NCBI GenBank assembly: GCA_965655095.1
Contig: OZ296658.1
Location: 61,690,001-61,754,000 of the forward strand
Length of the DNA: 64,000 bases
Source of the DNA: Haplodiscus bocki
Lineage: Eukaryota
Direction: 5' to 3'
Part shown: one piece after another, positions 63,267 through 64,000 of the stretch
How the letters are laid out: each line of letters starts with the position of its first letter
Numbering within the stretch: position 1 is the stretch's first letter
Position numbers and translations under genes: made by a program
The notes under the pieces: generated by a model
What the model was told of the DNA's origin: nothing
What the model saw: only the letters and a program-made list of their open reading frames with translations
The model's database searches: none

Positions 63267-63850
63267 TTAGCCACGTTCTTCCATCAATTTGTGGAGTATG
63301 TCAGAAGACAGTGTGATCTTCCTTGCGGAAGTGAGTTCGTCCCAAGTGGAGGACGAGGATGAGGACGTCGATGTTGTTGGTGGCGTGGACGAAGTTGGGC
63401 TGTCTGGATATGAATCTGAGGGATTCACGCTGTCCGAGATCCTTCGTCGCAATAGACTGGGGAAGAATGTGTCCGAGCGTGTCATTGACACTGCTCACCT
63501 TCCACAATGTGAGTTTTCAAATCTTCATCGGTTACCATTAGCCATTTCTCTAGAATTCCTTTGCTGGCCAGTCATTGGATTCTATTTTGGGCTAGTTTTG
63601 CTGCGCGCGCACTCGAGTATGAAGATGACTTCGTGAGGCTGTTGTGTTTTAGTGTAAAATCGCTCAGGAGAACCAGTGGTTCATTGTGATGAGCCTGAAT
63701 TGCCTCGGGCAGACATGTCTGGCTCTGAGTTTAAAGTTGGCGCGCCGACTTCAGAAGAAGAAGTCGAAAGGAAGAAGAGTCGGGTGAAACGCGCTCCAAG
63801 GAGTCCTCTCACGGCTGTTTTGGAGAGTTGGTAGCTCTCTATTCTACATT
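63267..63850 (-). pseudogene. Further degenerate accessory ORF(s) of the LTR element
   Basis: ORF 63267..63491 (Ser-rich) and a frame CLPEAIQAHHNEPLVLLSDFTLK...NRIQ*LASKGILEKWLMVTDEDLKTHIVEGEQCQ* broken by TGA codons consistent with CGA>TGA decay. Confidence 0.3.
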
Positions 63851-64000
63851 ACAGGTTTTTCATATCAGTGGCTCATTCCCTGTTTTCTTTTTAGGTGATG
63901 CCGAGACGATTCCAGGAGTGTCCGGAACTGAGGAGGTGTCGACTGGCGTTGAGACTGATGGGCAGGTGAGGGGGCGTCACATTGTTGTTAACAGGAGCCT

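Larger units (their letters stand above)
60452..64000 (-). mobile_element. 3' portion of an LTR retrotransposon inserted into the satellite (superfamily not determinable; no pol in window)
   Basis: On the minus strand, PPT AAAAGGGGGAG is immediately followed by TGTCGCAGCA...TGCTTTGACA. Satellite resumes abruptly at 60451. Higher GC than the flanks. Confidence 0.82.

Noticed and set aside
62968-63362. ORFs with poly-Met, poly-Ile or poly-Ser runs
   Set aside because: They are translations of the (ATG)n microsatellite in different frames.

Overview
Eukaryotic, AT-rich, repeat-only DNA; no host genes, RNA genes or CRISPR arrays are visible. (1) 1-27005 and 54603-60451: a satellite of ~134-bp monomers arranged as higher-order repeats (10-mer, ~1339 bp, on the left; apparent 11-mer on the right), with a young homogeneous core of 14 x ~1287-bp units at ~4915-22985. 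(2) 27631-54602: a ~27-kb degenerate endogenous Polinton/Maverick (adintovirus-like) element. It has ~750-bp terminal inverted repeats and all genes on the + strand: packaging ATPase, minor and major capsid proteins, adenain-like protease, a fibre-like protein with a MAM-like head, an HNH endonuclease overlapping an rve integrase, and a protein-primed PolB. A ~10.3-kb internal tandem duplication postdates inactivation; the unduplicated length is ~16.7 kb. The most unusual feature is that both element ends join the same satellite nucleotide in mirror orientation, with an inverted satellite block at 27006-27630. (3) 60452-64000: the 3' end of a minus-strand LTR retrotransposon, with a 1782-bp LTR that carries an ORF running out of its 3' end, a polypurine tract and extra Ser/Pro-rich ORFs. 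Protein calls come from manual translation across stops and frameshifts and from motif recognition. No database search was run and the host species cannot be determined from the sequence.
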